Shown: piece by piece, positions 62,141-64,000 of the stretch
Layout of the letters: the number at the start of each line of letters is the position of its first letter
How positions within the stretch are numbered: the stretch's first letter is position 1
Assembly (NCBI GenBank): GCA_035495795.1
Contig: DATJFF010000080.1
Coordinates: 875 to 64,874 of the forward strand
Source of the DNA: Vicinamibacterales bacterium
GTDB taxonomy: Bacteria; Acidobacteriota; Vicinamibacteria; Vicinamibacterales; UBA2999
Length of the DNA stretch: 64,000 bases
Reading direction: 5' to 3'
Translations under genes and position numbers: made by a program
Notes under the pieces: model-generated
The model's database searches: none
Told to the model about the DNA's origin: nothing
The model's input: only the letters and a program-made list of their open reading frames with translations

Positions 62141-63288
62141 CGCATCTGAGACACGAACTGGATCGCCGCGTCGACGTTGCGCTGCCGGATCTCCGGGTTG
62201 ACATCGAGCGACCAGACCCCTGGCTCCTGCGAGTTGCCAACCACGATCCCGTCGCTGCGCGGGTTGATGCCGACGTTGGTCCCGTCCGGCAGCCGGGCCG
62301 ACACGCGATAGTTGACCTCGGTTTGCGGCACCATGAACGTGAGCTGCCCCTTGATCGGCACGAGCTCCTCGTCGCCGAAGAGCTCGCGCGATCCAAGACC
62401 GGTGCAGTTGACGATCACCGCTTCGGCGAGCGACGCGAACTGCCGCGCGGAGTCGAAACGCCGGAAGACGAGGCGCCCGCCGTAGCGGACGAAGTCGTCG
62501 ACCAGCGACTGCAGGTAGATCGACGGTTCGATGGCGAGGTTCGAGGCACGGATCGCGTATCGCGTCGGAAAGGGATGCTCGCCGGGACCGAGCACCTCGC
62601 GATCGCGGCCGGCGCGAAGTTCCAGCGGAACGAGATCGGCGCCTGGTCCTGGAGGCGGCGGCTCGGGATCGTCGGTGGCGTTGTAGCTGTCGATCCAGTA
62701 CACGCCGTACCGCGGGCCGGTCATCAGCTGCAGCTGCCGGTAACTGATCTCCGCTGCGCGCCGGAACTGCGTGTCCCACTCCGGGGTGCGCCGCTCCGGC
62801 TCGATCAACGCCGTCGTCGGCGTATAGCCGGCCCATGACATGTTCGAGGTGGTCTCCGGCGGCATCGTCGCGGCGTAGATGGTGACGGCGTAGCCACGGC
62901 GCTGCAGCTGGATCGCGGTGCACAAGCCAGGCGAGCCGCAGCCGATCACGGCAATCCGCTCGGCATCAGCTGGCCGGGCCAGCTCCGAAACCAGCGTTCC
63001 GCAACCCCACGCCAGCGACATGCCGGCGCCGCCGTGACCGTAGTTGTGAATCAGCACCTTGTCATCGAGCTTGCCGGCGCGCAGGACGAAGCCGCCGTCG
63101 CGGTGCGGCCGCAGGCCCACGGTGGTTCGGATCACGCGCTCCCATGAGAGGCGCGGCCGGGCGAGCCGGATCGGGGCGCGGCGCGCGGTCGTGGCCGCTC
63201 TCGATGCGCCCGACGAGCCGCATCCGGCCAGCCCCAGGCCGACGAGCGCCGCGCCACCGGATCGAATCGCCGTTCGTCGGTCCATCAT
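62119..63288 (-). CDS. FAD-dependent oxidoreductase (D-amino-acid oxidase-like) with Tat signal
   Basis: Start chosen at [24 protein letters not shown] (GAGGA upstream); [30 protein letters not shown] dinucleotide fold; [17 protein letters not shown] typical of DAO-family enzymes. Confidence 0.8.
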   Translation of the reverse strand: MMDRRTAIRSGGAALVGLGLAGCGSSGASRAATTARRAPIRLARPRLSWERVIRTTVGLRPHRDGGFVLRAGKLDDKVLIHNYGHGGAGMSLAWGCGTLVSELARPADAERIAVIGCGSPGLCTAIQLQRRGYAVTIYAATMPPETTSNMSWAGYTPTTALIEPERRTPEWDTQFRRAAEISYRQLQLMTGPRYGVYWIDSYNATDDPEPPPPGPGADLVPLELRAGRDREVLGPGEHPFPTRYAIRASNLAIEPSIYLQSLVDDFVRYGGRLVFRRFDSARQFASLAEAVIVNCTGLGSRELFGDEELVPIKGQLTFMVPQTEVNYRVSARLPDGTNVGINPRSDGIVVGNSQEPGVWSLDVNPEIRQRNVDAAIQFVSQMRQAGDRR

Positions 63289-63361
63289 CTGTGTCCTCAT
63301 TGCGACGGTCGTACGGAACATGCCGGGGATTTTACGCCGCGGCATCGCGTAACATCGCCCG

Positions 63362-64000
63362 ATGCCTCGACCTCTATCGTTCCTCCTCGTTCTGGCGCTG
63401 CTCTCTGCTGCGCCCCAGGCGCAGTCGCCGCGCTCGTTGCGACCGGAGGAGTACGGACGATGGGAACTGCTCGTCCCACAGCGCACACCGCTCTCCCCGG
63501 ACGGACGCTGGCTGGTGTACGGCATCCGCCGCGCCGACCGGCAGGATCAGCTGCGCGTGCAGCCCGCCACGGGCGGCGACGCGGTGACGCTGCCCTACGG
63601 TGAGCAGCCGGCGTTCTCCGACGATTCGCGCTGGCTCGCCTGCCTGACCGGCGTCTCGGAGGAACAGGAAGCCAAGCTGAAGAAAGATCAGAAGCCGGTC
63701 CACAAGTCCCTGGCGTTAATCGAGCTCGCGACGGGAAAGGTTCAGACGATCGAGGACGTGGAGTCGTTCGCGTTCAGCGCGACCGGCACGCACCTCGCTT
63801 TCCGCCGTTATGCGCCGGAGCCTGCCGCCGGGACGGCAGCCGCGGCGCCGGCAGGCGCCGACGAGACGCCAGCGGCCGGTACAGCGCTGACCGTGCGCGA
63901 AGTGATCACCGGCCGCGACACCACGTTCGCCAATGTGTCGGAGATGGCCTGGCAGGACCAGGGGGCGCGACTCGCCTTCGCGGTGACGGTCGAGGGCGGC
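63362..64000 (+). CDS. partial (3-prime truncated by window) exported protein, probably the PD40-type beta-propeller N-terminus of an S9-family peptidase
   Basis: My own translation from ATG 63362 runs open to the window end: MPRPLSFLLVLALLSAAPQAQS...LSPDGRWLVYGIRRAD...FSDDSRWLAC...FSATGTHLAFRR; not in the ORF track because no stop is reached. Confidence 0.5.
   Translation, partial: MPRPLSFLLVLALLSAAPQAQSPRSLRPEEYGRWELLVPQRTPLSPDGRWLVYGIRRADRQDQLRVQPATGGDAVTLPYGEQPAFSDDSRWLACLTGVSEEQEAKLKKDQKPVHKSLALIELATGKVQTIEDVESFAFSATGTHLAFRRYAPEPAAGTAAAAPAGADETPAAGTALTVREVITGRDTTFANVSEMAWQDQGARLAFAVTVEGG

Overview
High-GC (about 68-70% by eye) chromosomal segment. It is probably from an Acidobacteriota-like genome, an inference from three ADOP-type duplicated FtsX permeases (one with a PadR partner), Sigma70_ECF-type sigma factors paired with Ser/Thr kinases, and CarboxypepD_reg-type outer-membrane barrels. 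I call about 46 protein-coding genes, one possible gene remnant, no rRNA, tRNA, CRISPR array, transposase or integrase. All functions come from motifs read in the ORF-track translations; no database search was run, so family names are recognition-level calls and many starts are approximate. Many track ORFs were trimmed to internal starts with Shine-Dalgarno motifs or signal peptides. Two things stand out. (1) A GC-poor patch at 28.3-33.5 kb holds a clostripain-like (C11) peptidase, a Cys-rich 120-aa ORF and a lipoprotein TPR-CHAT protease in one operon. It lies divergent from an overlapping ECF sigma / Ser-Thr kinase (DUF4384-like sensor) pair and is my best candidate for an undescribed proteolytic signalling or conflict module. 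(2) Many intergenic spaces are filled with modular tandem arrays of 7-9 bp units (AAGGCAR, GGTCTTGR, GGGGCTT, AGGAGRC/CTCCTGY, AGATCNNN, GGGTGCGAC). These include G-quadruplex-type runs, GATC-dense arrays and Shine-Dalgarno-like arrays in gene leaders. The rest is mostly envelope and periplasmic functions: peptide and amino-acid scavenging enzymes, TonB-type barrels, an ABC operon, copper chaperones and a giant NHL/tandem-repeat surface protein.
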